From Waterburya sp. (lineage in GTDB: Bacteria; Cyanobacteriota; Cyanobacteriia; Cyanobacteriales; Xenococcaceae), in NCBI GenBank assembly GCA_051658085.1, contig JBOFLX010000030.1:32952-96951 (forward strand): a DNA stretch of 64,000 nt, written 5' to 3'. The notes under the pieces were generated by a model, which worked only from the letters and a program-made list of their open reading frames with translations, was not told the origin of the DNA and made no database searches. The position numbers and the translations under genes are program-made. How positions within the stretch are numbered: position 1 is the first letter of the stretch; each line of letters opens with the position of its first letter. This document shows, in pieces, positions 40,023 to 49,918 of the stretch.

Positions 40023-40196
40023 TACTATAATTTCCAGCAAGATATAAAGTTTTGCTGAATTAGTTAGTTAATTATTTGCCAGCATGATAAAAGAATAGAT
40101 GTTATTGGCAATTTCTTAACTTAAGACTATTTGTAAATTAACTTTGTATGGGCAAGTTAGTTTGATGAATAATCACTACGTAATTGAGAACTAATT

Positions 40197-41192
40197 ATGG
40201 ATTCTAGTTTAATTCTTTCTAATATTTTAAATCCACCAGTCTTATTTTTTTTCATTGGCATGATAGCAGTTTTTCTCAAATCAGATTTAGAAATTCCTCA
40301 GCCTTTGCCTAAATTATTTTCACTTTATTTATTATTTGCGATCGGTTTTAAAGGTGGACATGAAATTCATGAAAGTGGTATTAACAGTGAAATTGCTATA
40401 ACTTTAGTGGCTGCAATTATGGCTGCTATTATTGTGCCGATTTATTCCTTTTTTATCCTCAAAATAAAATTAGATGCTTATAATGCAGCAGCGATCGCAG
40501 CAACTTATGGTTCAATTAGTGCGGTAACTTTTGTCACGGCTACTTCATTTTTAGAACAACAAACTCCACCTATTGATTATGGAGGTCATATGGTGGCAGC
40601 TTTAGCCTTGATGGAGTCTCCTGCTATTATTATTGGTTTAATTTTAGTAAGAGTGTTTACTAAGTCTAAAAAGATAGATTCAGATTCTCAGGGAGATGAG
40701 TTTTCTTGGTCGGAGGTTTTGCGAGAAGCATTTTTAAACGGTTCAGTTTTTCTCCTCTTAGGAAGCTTGTTAGTCGGTACAGTCACTAGCGAAAATGGCT
40801 GGGAAAGATTAGAGGTATTTACAGGCGAAATATTTTATGGGATGTTGACTTTTTTCCTATTAGATATGGGACTAGTAGCTGCTAGAAGAATTGATGACTT
40901 AAAAAAAAGCGGTTCTTTTGTGATTGGCTTTTCAATTTTGATGCCAGTATTCAATGCCATAATTAGTATTTTTCTGGCCAAGTTTATTGGCATGTCCCCA
41001 GGTAATGCTCTATTATTCTCGGTACTCTGTGCTAGTGCTTCATATATCGCTGTACCAGCAGCAATGCGGATGACTGTCCCCGAAGCTAACCCTAGTTTAT
41101 ATATTTCTATGGCTTTAGCTTTAACCTTTCCTTTCAATATTATTATTGGCATTCCTGTCTATATGGCGATTATTAATCGTTTCTGGGGATAG
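40197..41192 (+). CDS. SbtA-like (Sbt_1/DUF897 family) putative Na+-dependent bicarbonate-type permease
   Basis: 331 aa, ~10 TM; C-terminal AVPAAMRMTVPEANPSLYISMALALTFPFNIIIGIPVY parallels the SbtA signature SANPS.YIG...IGTP; shorter than canonical SbtA and no PII-like SbtB follows. Confidence 0.45.
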   Translation: MDSSLILSNILNPPVLFFFIGMIAVFLKSDLEIPQPLPKLFSLYLLFAIGFKGGHEIHESGINSEIAITLVAAIMAAIIVPIYSFFILKIKLDAYNAAAIAATYGSISAVTFVTATSFLEQQTPPIDYGGHMVAALALMESPAIIIGLILVRVFTKSKKIDSDSQGDEFSWSEVLREAFLNGSVFLLLGSLLVGTVTSENGWERLEVFTGEIFYGMLTFFLLDMGLVAARRIDDLKKSGSFVIGFSILMPVFNAIISIFLAKFIGMSPGNALLFSVLCASASYIAVPAAMRMTVPEANPSLYISMALALTFPFNIIIGIPVYMAIINRFWG

Positions 41193-41230
41193 ATAAGCTA
41201 AGTAAACTGTTAATAATTTAATTTACTTGT

Positions 41231-41280
41231 TATGAATGACTGGGAGACTGAGCGACTTGGAGACTGGGAGAGAGTTTAAG
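41231..41280. repeat. heptamer-like array (GACTGGG/GAGACTG)
   Basis: atgaatgactgggagactgagcgacttggagactgggagagag. Confidence 0.5.
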
Positions 41281-41413
41281 TGACCATACCAAGCAAAACT
41301 CATGAAAATATTGGAAATAATTAATAGCACAATGGGTTTTAGCATTATTAAAGAGCAAAAACATGAATAAAACTATAAAATTACCAAGTGAAATCTTATA
41401 AAATAACATAATT

Positions 41414-41695
41414 ATGTCTGAATCTATTACTCCTGCAATTAGCGATCGCATTTGTAAACACATGAATAAAGATCACCGTGACGAGATCGCTCTATATGCC
41501 AAAGTTTTTGGTAACGCTCCCCAAACGGAAACTGCGACTATGGATTCGATTGATTCTCAAGGTATGAATATTTCTGCTCAAATCGCTGGGAAAATAGTAC
41601 CAGTAAGAGTAGAGTTTGACCATACTCTTAAAGATGCCAAAGATGCTAAAGAAACCTTGGTAGCAATGATCCAACAAGCTCAAACATCTCATTGA
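41414..41695 (+). CDS. DUF2470-like small protein
   Basis: 93 aa; CKHMNKDHRDE motif near N-terminus as in DUF2470; 4-bp ATGA overlap with the mazG ORF. Confidence 0.4.
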   Translation: MSESITPAISDRICKHMNKDHRDEIALYAKVFGNAPQTETATMDSIDSQGMNISAQIAGKIVPVRVEFDHTLKDAKDAKETLVAMIQQAQTSH

Positions 41696-42576
41696 ACATT
41701 AAATATCATTTTTTCTACATGAGTTCTAACTTGACGACGAATCAATCTATCTTGGCTGCCTTAGAACGTTTAATTGAAGTAGTTGCTCAACTGCGATCGC
41801 CCGATGGTGGTTGCCCTTGGGATTTGGCACAAACTCCAGAAACTTTAATCCCTTATGTAATTGAAGAAGCTTACGAAGTAGTAGATGCTATTAAAAACGG
41901 CGAGCAACAAGCGATCGCCGAAGAATTAGGGGATTTATTATTACAGGTAGTATTGCAAACTCAGATCGCCAGTGAACAGCAAAATTTTACTCTTCAGGAA
42001 GTTGCCGAAGGGATTACAGCCAAACTGATTCGTCGTCATCCTCATGTTTTTGGGGATGTAGAAGTTAACAGTGCAGCCGAAGTTAATCAAAACTGGGAGC
42101 AAATTAAAGCAGCAGAAAAGGGTGAAACCCCTGAACAAGCGCAATTACTGAGTCGGAAACTTAAACGCTATGCTCGTAGTTTACCTCCGTTAATGGCAGG
42201 AATGAAAATATCTCAAAAAGCAGCAGCAGCAGGGTTTGAATGGGAAAATGCTGACGGAGTATGGTCAAAGTTTCAAGAGGAGTTAGAAGAGTTTCAGGCA
42301 GCTTTGCAGACAGCAGACAAAGTTCACCAGCAAGAGGAATTGGGAGATTTATTATTTACTATTATTAATATTGCTCGTTGGTATGATTTAGATCCCTTTG
42401 ATGGTTTACAGGGAACAAATCAACGTTTTATTCAACGTTTGGCAACGATGGAAAGCTTTGCTACCCGTCCTTTAACAGATTACGACATTGACGAATTAGA
42501 ATCTCTTTGGCAAAAGGCAAAAGCAAAATTGAAACTAAATAGTCAAGACGTTGATAAATCAGGGTATGATTCTTAA
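41692..42576 (+). CDS. mazG: nucleoside triphosphate pyrophosphohydrolase MazG (tandem MazG domains)
   Basis: 294 aa; CPWDLAQTPETL...EEAYEV...EELGDLLLQV (first EExxE/D motif) and second domain ELGDLLFTIINIARW; true start may be the internal Met (MSSNLTT). Confidence 0.8.
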   Translation: MNIKYHFFYMSSNLTTNQSILAALERLIEVVAQLRSPDGGCPWDLAQTPETLIPYVIEEAYEVVDAIKNGEQQAIAEELGDLLLQVVLQTQIASEQQNFTLQEVAEGITAKLIRRHPHVFGDVEVNSAAEVNQNWEQIKAAEKGETPEQAQLLSRKLKRYARSLPPLMAGMKISQKAAAAGFEWENADGVWSKFQEELEEFQAALQTADKVHQQEELGDLLFTIINIARWYDLDPFDGLQGTNQRFIQRLATMESFATRPLTDYDIDELESLWQKAKAKLKLNSQDVDKSGYDS

Positions 42577-42655
42577 GTACTTATGTAGAATGAATTTAAG
42601 ATTTGGGGAAATAGTAGGTTTCTTTTAAGTAGAAAGTATAAACTAGCAATATAAA

Positions 42656-42681
42656 AGCTTATAGCTTATAGCTTATAGCTA
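42656..42681. repeat. tandem heptamer (AGCTTAT) x3.5
   Basis: aagcttatagcttatagcttatagct. Confidence 0.7.
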
Positions 42682-42732
42682 CGAACAGTAATGCTATCGG
42701 TTTTAGACATTAAATTCTCAACGTCAAAATAA

Positions 42733-43941
42733 ATGGCGACATATGACTGGATTGTAATTGGAGCTGGGATAACGGGGGCTTGTCTTGCCTATGAGCTTAG
42801 TAAACAGGGTTTTCAGGTTTTATTATTAGAAAAAGATGCTACTCCTAATAATGCCACTGTTTATAGTTATGGTGGTTTGGCTTATTGGTCGGGGACAGAT
42901 GAATTAACTCGAACTTTGGGACAGGAAGGGATTGAGCTACATCGGCAACTTTCAGAAGAATTGGGAACAGATACGGAGTTTCGAGAGCTTGATTTGGTTT
43001 TAACCATCGATCGCCAAGATGATCCTGAAACGATCGCTCAAAATTATGCTCACTTTGCGATTACTCCTGAATTGTTAAATGTTCAAGATGCCTGTATACT
43101 CGAACCCTTACTCAATCCGAATGCGATCGCTGGAGTCTTAAAATTACCTCACGGTCATATTCACCCACAAAAAACTACTAATGCCTATCTTCAAGCTTTT
43201 GAACGCAACGCTGGCAAAATTGTTTATGAGCAGGTAATAGAGTTATTACGTCGAGGTGATGATGTGGTTGGGGTTAAAACTCCAGATAATCTTTATTATG
43301 CAGCTAATACCATTGTCTGTGCAGGGGGATTATCGCGATCGCTCCTTCAACAAGCAGGTATTCAGGTCGATAATTATTTCACCCATGCCCAATTAATTAT
43401 GACTCCCTCTGTAGATTTGGAATTGGCAACTATTGTTATGCCAGCCATACAGCAGCGATTTCTGCTTGAAGCTAAAGCCCAAGAGTTAGAAGCATCTGAC
43501 TGGAATCCTCCCTATGAACAACCAGCCAAGTTAATTCTTGACCCTGGAGCAGTACAGTTTATGGATGGAAGTCTTTGCATAGGTCAAATTAGCGCGATCT
43601 CTCCTAATCCTCAAGCCAAACTTAACCCTTTTACTGCCGAAGCTCAAATCCGCGAACAAGTTAGCAATATCTTACCAATATTAGAAGATATTCCTGGTAC
43701 TTGTCACAGTTGCTTAGTTGCTTTTAATCGTCAAGCGATTGGCGGTTGCGAAGCTGCCGTAGGCATAGCCAGCGCGAAGCGCATCGCTCTTGTCGGTAAT
43801 ATAGCACCTCTTAAAGGGATTTATTTGTTTTCTGGTTTTACTAGTACTCTAGTATTTGCACCTATATTAGCCAGACGTTTTGCTAACTGGCTCTCAGGCA
43901 AAGAAGATAAGATTATTGAACAGTTAGTGATTAGGCACTAG
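42733..43941 (+). CDS. FAD-dependent oxidoreductase (DAO/glycine-oxidase-like)
   Basis: 402 aa; N-terminal dinucleotide fold YDWIVIGAGITGACLAYEL..LLLEK. Confidence 0.7.
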   Translation: MATYDWIVIGAGITGACLAYELSKQGFQVLLLEKDATPNNATVYSYGGLAYWSGTDELTRTLGQEGIELHRQLSEELGTDTEFRELDLVLTIDRQDDPETIAQNYAHFAITPELLNVQDACILEPLLNPNAIAGVLKLPHGHIHPQKTTNAYLQAFERNAGKIVYEQVIELLRRGDDVVGVKTPDNLYYAANTIVCAGGLSRSLLQQAGIQVDNYFTHAQLIMTPSVDLELATIVMPAIQQRFLLEAKAQELEASDWNPPYEQPAKLILDPGAVQFMDGSLCIGQISAISPNPQAKLNPFTAEAQIREQVSNILPILEDIPGTCHSCLVAFNRQAIGGCEAAVGIASAKRIALVGNIAPLKGIYLFSGFTSTLVFAPILARRFANWLSGKEDKIIEQLVIRH

Positions 43942-44008
43942 GCACTAGGTTTTACTTGCTACTTAAAAGAAACTTACTACCTACTACCTAAAAAAACTTA
44001 CTACCTAT
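43933..44008. repeat. STRR-like heptamer array (GGCACTA then TACTACC units)
   Basis: seen directly. Confidence 0.6.
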
Positions 44009-44011
44009 TTT

Positions 44012-44959
44012 CTAAAAAATATTTGGATCTATTTCAAAATAGTATTCCGCATCTTTATTTACAGCTAATTTAACTGGTTCACCCTGGTCATCAATTAAAA
44101 ATGAACCTTCCATCATTGATCGCGATCTGAGTGCGTCTTTTCTGGTGTTACTGCGATTATCTGTAGCAACGAGTTTAAGATAATTGTTTTGATTGAGTTT
44201 AGTTATTTGTTCAGGGGTGAGTTGAATAGTTTGATCGACCCGTAAGATTTGGTCAAAGTCACCATCGGGTGCGCCACTAATTCTGTGTGCTATGTATTGT
44301 TCTGAAGCATCACCAAAAAGTACATACTCTAGTTTAGAGAGCGCATTTTGAGGCATACAATTGGAATCGGCAAAATCACAAACGAAAACTTGTTTCTTAA
44401 TTTTTATTTCTACTTCGGGATTGCCAGGAATTAGAGTGATCGGACACATTTTAGTGCCTCGTGATTTTTTCCGCAAACACTCTTCAATATCCCCCCGATA
44501 AATTTGACCTTTAAAAGATTTAATTGAACCATCCAAAAGTTCTGCCTTAGTAAAAGCTTGAGTAGGCATTATAGTGTATTCATTCAAAGAGTTTTGACTC
44601 TGATCACTTAAATAAGCTTCTTGGGGATTGGCAGAATTTTCATTTGTTAACCCTGCTAAATCAACTTCATAAATTGCTTGGAAATTATGAGCTTCGCTGG
44701 GAGTATTGAGAAAAGGTTTATGGGTAATATAAACAGAATTATCACCCACAATTCTCATACTATGAACTAAATCAGGGTTGAGTTCGGAACTAGGACATCC
44801 TTGAGTACAAGCAGAGTTGGAGATCGCTGGTTTAGATAATAAACTGATAACCGTTAAAGTTGCTGCGATCGCTATTAAGATGAATTTAGTAATTCTTGAC
44901 ATGTGAAGTATGAACAATGCTTTATTCAGCACCATTTTTAAATAAATAAAAATATTCAA
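44012..44959 (-). CDS. hypothetical secreted protein (signal peptide likely from internal Met MSRITKF)
   Basis: 315 aa ORF; hydrophobic N-terminal region, several Cys pairs; no family recognised. Confidence 0.4.
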   Translation of the reverse strand: MNIFIYLKMVLNKALFILHMSRITKFILIAIAATLTVISLLSKPAISNSACTQGCPSSELNPDLVHSMRIVGDNSVYITHKPFLNTPSEAHNFQAIYEVDLAGLTNENSANPQEAYLSDQSQNSLNEYTIMPTQAFTKAELLDGSIKSFKGQIYRGDIEECLRKKSRGTKMCPITLIPGNPEVEIKIKKQVFVCDFADSNCMPQNALSKLEYVLFGDASEQYIAHRISGAPDGDFDQILRVDQTIQLTPEQITKLNQNNYLKLVATDNRSNTRKDALRSRSMMEGSFLIDDQGEPVKLAVNKDAEYYFEIDPNIF

Positions 44960-45048
44960 AATATTACCACTTTTATTTATTTTTTTTACTTATCAATTTT
45001 CAACTTCACATAATCTTTAGTGACTTCTAACTTTTGACTTTTATTTCG

Positions 45049-45351
45049 CTAGTCCGCAGACCATTGCTCCGCTTCTGGTATTTCATAGTAATCTGGACAG
45101 CCAATAGCTTGCTCAGTATTAGCTATATGGGGATTTGTAGTACATTTGAGACGATAATCTCCAGTAAAAAAACGGCATTTGGTACAGGGGATTTGATGCA
45201 TTTCTTTCGCTCTAGCTACGGCATCCATAATAAAACTAGCCAGACTCCAGGTACAAAGGCTTAAAACGGAACACGCGCCCAAAAAACGAATTGGGAGCAT
45301 TACTGGTTGAAACAGACTGGCAAAATGAGTAGCAAAGTGTAACACAGCCAA
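45049..45351 (-). CDS. conserved cyanobacterial small membrane protein with Cys-rich tail (DUF6464-like)
   Basis: 100 aa; two hydrophobic helices then IPCTKCRFFTGDYRLKCT...CPDY. Confidence 0.35.
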   Translation of the reverse strand: MAVLHFATHFASLFQPVMLPIRFLGACSVLSLCTWSLASFIMDAVARAKEMHQIPCTKCRFFTGDYRLKCTTNPHIANTEQAIGCPDYYEIPEAEQWSAD

Positions 45352-45440
45352 AATTAATATTAGATTTGCTTTATAAGTATTAATTATGACATATATTAAC
45401 TATCTAAATCTAATTTAGTCAGAAGAATTGGAAATGTTCC

Positions 45441-46352
45441 TCAAATACGACTGGAGATGATTTGAAATATTTGCTTAATTTGCTGCTTATTAAAGGTTTG
45501 AATAAGAGCTAAGGCTGCTCCTTGAGGATCTGTAGGAATAGTAACTGTACCACCCACAGCAGCACCACTAGTCACACCACTAGTCATACCAGAAGTAGCT
45601 CCAGCCGTCACCGCTAACTGTTGGAGATTTCTGCTAGGAACTAGCTGATTTATTTGACCAGAGTGTAAATAATCACCAGCCTGTTTAACTTCTTTAATTA
45701 CTACTTGAGCAATAGTGTTATAAGGATATTTTTTGTTAGTAATTGCTTTTTGAGTAGTAGCAATCAATTTCTGCCAATTAGCTTCATCAGGAGCAATTTC
45801 ACCGAGCTTATTACAGGCAATATGGAGCTTTTGTCTACTTTCAGGAGTATCTGGCTGTTTAAACAGTTGTAGCATCTGTTTAAGAATTGTTGTTACTCGT
45901 TGATTAATGTCAGTATCACCTGTCGAGCCACCTGATAATAGCTGTTGAAGATACTGATCTAGCATCGCAAAGTTAGATTCTGCCTGTGCCAAAATTTCTA
46001 CGGCATCACTGTCTTTAAAATCGGCAGAATTCTCTAAACGCTCTATTAAATCTTGTAAATGATCGTAGCCATTAAGGAAAAGTGTCTCTAATTTTTGATC
46101 GACATTTACAGGATTATCCTTGAGAATTTTAAAAGAATCTTCTAAACGGTGAGCCGTTTTTTGGATACTGGTATAGCCCAACATAGCTGCACCACCTTTT
46201 ACGGAATGAGCAGCCCGAAACATCTCATTGACGGTTTCTGCATCACGAACAGATACAGATAGTTGTAAAATACCTTGTTCTAGAGTTTGAAGATGTTCTT
46301 TTGCTTCTTCTATAAAATAGCCCAAAATTCTTTGCTGATTAGCGGTGTCCAA
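45441..46352 (-). CDS. Hpt (histidine phosphotransfer) domain protein
   Basis: 303 aa; N-terminal FRAAHSVKGGAAMLG is the CheA-type Hpt phosphorylatable-His motif; no kinase domain follows. Confidence 0.6.
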   Translation of the reverse strand: MDTANQQRILGYFIEEAKEHLQTLEQGILQLSVSVRDAETVNEMFRAAHSVKGGAAMLGYTSIQKTAHRLEDSFKILKDNPVNVDQKLETLFLNGYDHLQDLIERLENSADFKDSDAVEILAQAESNFAMLDQYLQQLLSGGSTGDTDINQRVTTILKQMLQLFKQPDTPESRQKLHIACNKLGEIAPDEANWQKLIATTQKAITNKKYPYNTIAQVVIKEVKQAGDYLHSGQINQLVPSRNLQQLAVTAGATSGMTSGVTSGAAVGGTVTIPTDPQGAALALIQTFNKQQIKQIFQIISSRI

Positions 46353-46418
46353 AGCCTAAATCCCCCATTGTTTTAACTTTGTAAAAGTGCATATATAAAA
46401 CAATATATAAACACAAGT

Positions 46419-47135
46419 TTATCCCAGACTACTTAAATTGGGTAGCTGATTTTCAATATTCAATAAAGATGCGGTACGGTTTAGCCAAAAAGAATGAATT
46501 TTGGCATTTTTTGCACCTTGATAATCTTCTATTAGACTGTCTCCAATATGCCATGCTTCTTGAGCAATTAAGTTATGTTTTTTTAAAGCAATCTCAAAAA
46601 TATTTGGTTCTGGTTTAGCAGTTCCTACAACCGAAGATATGGTGATACTTGTAAAAAAATGCTCTAAATCAAGATTTTTTAACACTTGATTTAAACGCGT
46701 GTCAAAATTAGAAATAACTCCTAGTTGAATTCCTTGATTATGCCATCTTTGTAGACTGGAAACTACATCAGGAAAGATATACCAAGGTTCTTTAGTCGCA
46801 AAATAAAGGTAAATTTCTTGAAAAAAATCAGTAAAATTACTGAATTCTCCTAGTAGCCCAACCTGAGCAAAAGTTTTTTGAACTACATTTTTCCACCAGC
46901 TAAACTCTTGTTCTTTGATCGCTTTTAATTCAGTTCCCGAAAATGCTAATGGAGAAGCAGATTTAAAACTTTCAATAAAAGAAAGATTAAGATTTTTAGC
47001 TTCTGCTTGAACACCGTATTTGAGCGCGTATTTTTGATATATTTCGCCAACACTGCTTTTAAGGTCAAATAAAGTCCCCATCGCATCTAAAAAAATAACT
47101 TTGGGTACGGTATTAGTAAATGCTTGAATTGTCAT
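46419..47135 (-). CDS. HAD-superfamily hydrolase
   Basis: 238 aa; motif I VIFLDAMGTLFD, motif III/IV ...HIGDSLIEDYQGA. Confidence 0.65.
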   Translation of the reverse strand: MTIQAFTNTVPKVIFLDAMGTLFDLKSSVGEIYQKYALKYGVQAEAKNLNLSFIESFKSASPLAFSGTELKAIKEQEFSWWKNVVQKTFAQVGLLGEFSNFTDFFQEIYLYFATKEPWYIFPDVVSSLQRWHNQGIQLGVISNFDTRLNQVLKNLDLEHFFTSITISSVVGTAKPEPNIFEIALKKHNLIAQEAWHIGDSLIEDYQGAKNAKIHSFWLNRTASLLNIENQLPNLSSLG

Positions 47136-47201
47136 TTTGAGTTTGTTAAATATAACTGATAATGTTAATAAGTTTTTTTAGCTTGATTGTCAAAAAAATG
47201 A

Positions 47202-48419
47202 TTAGTTGAGATTGGTTTGAACTGTTTGTTGTATGGTTTGAGTTAAATTATTGATTGTGGCTTGACGTGAAGTTTGGTTGTTGGATTCAGGCATTTGGCT
47301 ATTGCTTTGATACATTACCCAATATTCTTTGAGGTTAATTGGTGTCCCAATTTTTACCTCCACCTGTCGTCGTCCTTTAAATTTAGGTCGATCAATGTTA
47401 AATACTTCTCGCTCTAAGCGATCTAAAGTCGCAAAAAATCTTTCTGGTGTGGGTTTAGCTGCTACATAACCATCGTAAATGGCATCAAAGTTGAGTAAGC
47501 GCACAGTGGTTAAATAAAGATGTTCGTAGTTAAGGGTAGTTAGTTTAGCTGATTCTGGGAGGGAGTTTAAAATATACTGGACTTTATAAACTCGTTCACG
47601 ATCAGGAACTTGAGGTGCAAGAGTGATATTTAATTTCTCTTCGCAGTAATTTAATAGATGCTTTTTGAGATTTTGAATGCGCTCATTCCAATTTGTTTCA
47701 TTTGTAGTGGTAAGATGATACTCGGTTTCTAAATTAGTTAATATTTGAGCAGCTATAGCTCTTAGCCGTAAATAAATATCATCTGTTTGGGGTTGGATTG
47801 ATAAAGCGGTTTCTAAACGAGAGAGGGAATTTATTAATTGAGCATCTGAATTATCAGGGTAAGAGTATTTTAGACTCAGGGGAACTAGATAAAAATCAGG
47901 CACAGTAGCTTCCTGTTCAACCAATTTCGCGATCGCTTTAAAAGCCAATTCAATTGCTCCCGAACGAAAGGGCATTACAGTATCATTTTGATAAGAACAT
48001 CCACCTTCAGGAAAAATGACCAACTTAGACTGGGGTTGCTGGAGAATTTGTAAAGTTTGCTTAATACTTTGGCGATCGCCAACTCCGCGTTTGATAGAAT
48101 AACACCCTACTATTTGTAGCAGCTTGCCAATAATTCCCTGAAAAGCCTCATAAGCGACGATATAATGAAATAATTGCCTCAAACGCGCTGACAAGAGAAA
48201 AACCACTATTCCATCATCCAAATTAGAATGATTAGGGAGATATACAACCCGCTCTTTAGCGATCGCTTTTAACTGCGCAAGATCGCGATCGTTTATTACC
48301 AATCTAATTTTGTAAACCCAATCAACGACAAAATGACAAATGCTTTGAATTAGACGAGTTATTAAAGGATTTAGCCGTGGTGGCAAAAATTGAGCATCAG
48401 ATTTATGAGCGTGGGACAT
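47202..48419 (-). CDS. lysophospholipid acyltransferase-family protein (PlsC-like core with long C-terminal extension)
   Basis: 405 aa; HSNLDD (HxxxxD) and VIFPEGG motifs. Confidence 0.6.
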   Translation of the reverse strand: MSHAHKSDAQFLPPRLNPLITRLIQSICHFVVDWVYKIRLVINDRDLAQLKAIAKERVVYLPNHSNLDDGIVVFLLSARLRQLFHYIVAYEAFQGIIGKLLQIVGCYSIKRGVGDRQSIKQTLQILQQPQSKLVIFPEGGCSYQNDTVMPFRSGAIELAFKAIAKLVEQEATVPDFYLVPLSLKYSYPDNSDAQLINSLSRLETALSIQPQTDDIYLRLRAIAAQILTNLETEYHLTTTNETNWNERIQNLKKHLLNYCEEKLNITLAPQVPDRERVYKVQYILNSLPESAKLTTLNYEHLYLTTVRLLNFDAIYDGYVAAKPTPERFFATLDRLEREVFNIDRPKFKGRRQVEVKIGTPINLKEYWVMYQSNSQMPESNNQTSRQATINNLTQTIQQTVQTNLN

Positions 48420-48497
48420 AGAAAGCTATCTGAGCAAAATTAGCTTATTTTAAGTGATTTTAGGCTGAGAATTATTAATCCCAGTTAACATAAAATA

Positions 48498-49688
48498 CTA
48501 CTTAGATGACAATAATTCAACTAGAGGTTGAGTAATCCAATTAAGTCCAACTGTTAACTGATGCTTCAACGTTGGTAAACGATAGAGATAAATCAATCGA
48601 CGGGCAATATAAGCTAGTGAGCCGTCTAATTTCAGACCCAAACCGTTAATTGTGGCACTATCAACCCCTAAAGTCATCATTTCCCCTAAAGGCTGATAAC
48701 GGAAAGATAAAAGAGGACGATTAGTAGCAGCAGCCCATAAATTCCAGGCACAATAGTCAGATTGCTGAAAAGCTACTTGAGCAGTCGCAGGTAAAGGTTT
48801 AGCATCGGTATCATAACAGTCAGCAACATCTCCCAAAGCATAGATATCATCTCTACCTTTTACTTGTAGAGTTGGTTCAATTTTGAGTAATCCTTGCTCG
48901 TTTTTTTCTAGGGGCAATTTTTCAATTAACTCTAAAACTTGATTTCCAACTGTCCAGACAACTAAATCCACAGGAATTACGTCAGTTTGTCCTTTATAAA
49001 TTAGAGAAATACTATCAGATTCAACTTTTGCAACTTCCGTAGTTAAATCCTGCCAAATATAACGTTTTTCCAAAGCTTTGAGCGCGGTTTCACGGTTAAA
49101 ATCAGTACTATCTTTAAGAATTTGTTCTCCACGGTCAATAATTCTAATTCTGCCCTCCTCACCCAAACGATCTGCTAATTTACAGGCTAGCTCTACGCCA
49201 CTGTAGCCACCGCCAACTACGGCAACTCTAATCTTGTCAGGATTAGCTGCTTCTAATAATCTTAATTTCTCTTGTAGACGATAGGCATCATTGAGAGTTT
49301 TGAAGGGAATGGCATATTCTTTTGCCCCTGGAGTCATCTCCACAGGCGTTTTCCCACCAGTAGCCAAAACTAATTGATCGTAGTTAATAGTTTGTCCATT
49401 ATCGAGAGTGACTTGCTTATCCGTGATATCAATGTCCGTCACCCCAGCCTGTTGAAAAATAATTCCTGTATTTGCCAAAAGTTCAGCAAAGGGAGGCGCA
49501 ATTTCCCAACTTTGCATTTCTTCCGTAATCAGTTCATACAATAGAGGCGAAAACAAAAAGCGATCGCTTTTATCAATAAGAGTTATCTCTGGTCTTTGTT
49601 CATTCTGCCAAGGAAACTCATTCAGACGCAAAGCAGTATATAAACCACCAAATCCTCCACCTACAATGCAAATACGCGTTCCGCTCAT
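48498..49688 (-). CDS. type II NADH dehydrogenase (NDH-2, FAD/NAD(P)-binding)
   Basis: 396 aa; two Rossmann dinucleotide motifs ICIVGGGFGGLYTA and VAVVGGGYSGVELA. Confidence 0.75.
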   Translation of the reverse strand: MSGTRICIVGGGFGGLYTALRLNEFPWQNEQRPEITLIDKSDRFLFSPLLYELITEEMQSWEIAPPFAELLANTGIIFQQAGVTDIDITDKQVTLDNGQTINYDQLVLATGGKTPVEMTPGAKEYAIPFKTLNDAYRLQEKLRLLEAANPDKIRVAVVGGGYSGVELACKLADRLGEEGRIRIIDRGEQILKDSTDFNRETALKALEKRYIWQDLTTEVAKVESDSISLIYKGQTDVIPVDLVVWTVGNQVLELIEKLPLEKNEQGLLKIEPTLQVKGRDDIYALGDVADCYDTDAKPLPATAQVAFQQSDYCAWNLWAAATNRPLLSFRYQPLGEMMTLGVDSATINGLGLKLDGSLAYIARRLIYLYRLPTLKHQLTVGLNWITQPLVELLSSK

Positions 49689-49770
49689 AAGATTATCTAG
49701 CTCAAGCCAACCTAGTCAATGATCTCGCAAAGTTTATTTAATGTTCATTCTAGCGACTTTACTTAGTTTG

Positions 49771-49886
49771 TGACTGGTGATTGGTGACTAGGGACTGGTG
49801 ACTAGGGACTGGTGATTGGGAATAAACTATTTACTCATTACCTACTATTTCCTACTTCCTACTTCCTATTTCCTATTTCTTACTTA
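49771..49886. repeat. composite STRR-like array (TGGTGAC/TAGGGAC units followed by TTCCTAC/TACTATT units)
   Basis: seen directly. Confidence 0.6.
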
Positions 49887-49918
49887 ACCCAAATGTTAAA
49901 TTAATTTCGCCTAGGTAC

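Noticed and set aside
41414-41695. 93-aa ORF downstream of the SbtA-like gene as SbtB (PII-like regulator)
   Set aside because: No PII/GlnB-like features (no T-loop, wrong length and composition). The sequence fits DUF2470 better.
45034-45264. Plus-strand 76-aa ORF
   Set aside because: It lies entirely within the conserved minus-strand gene 45049-45351. The translation is hydrophobic and low-complexity, so it is likely spurious.
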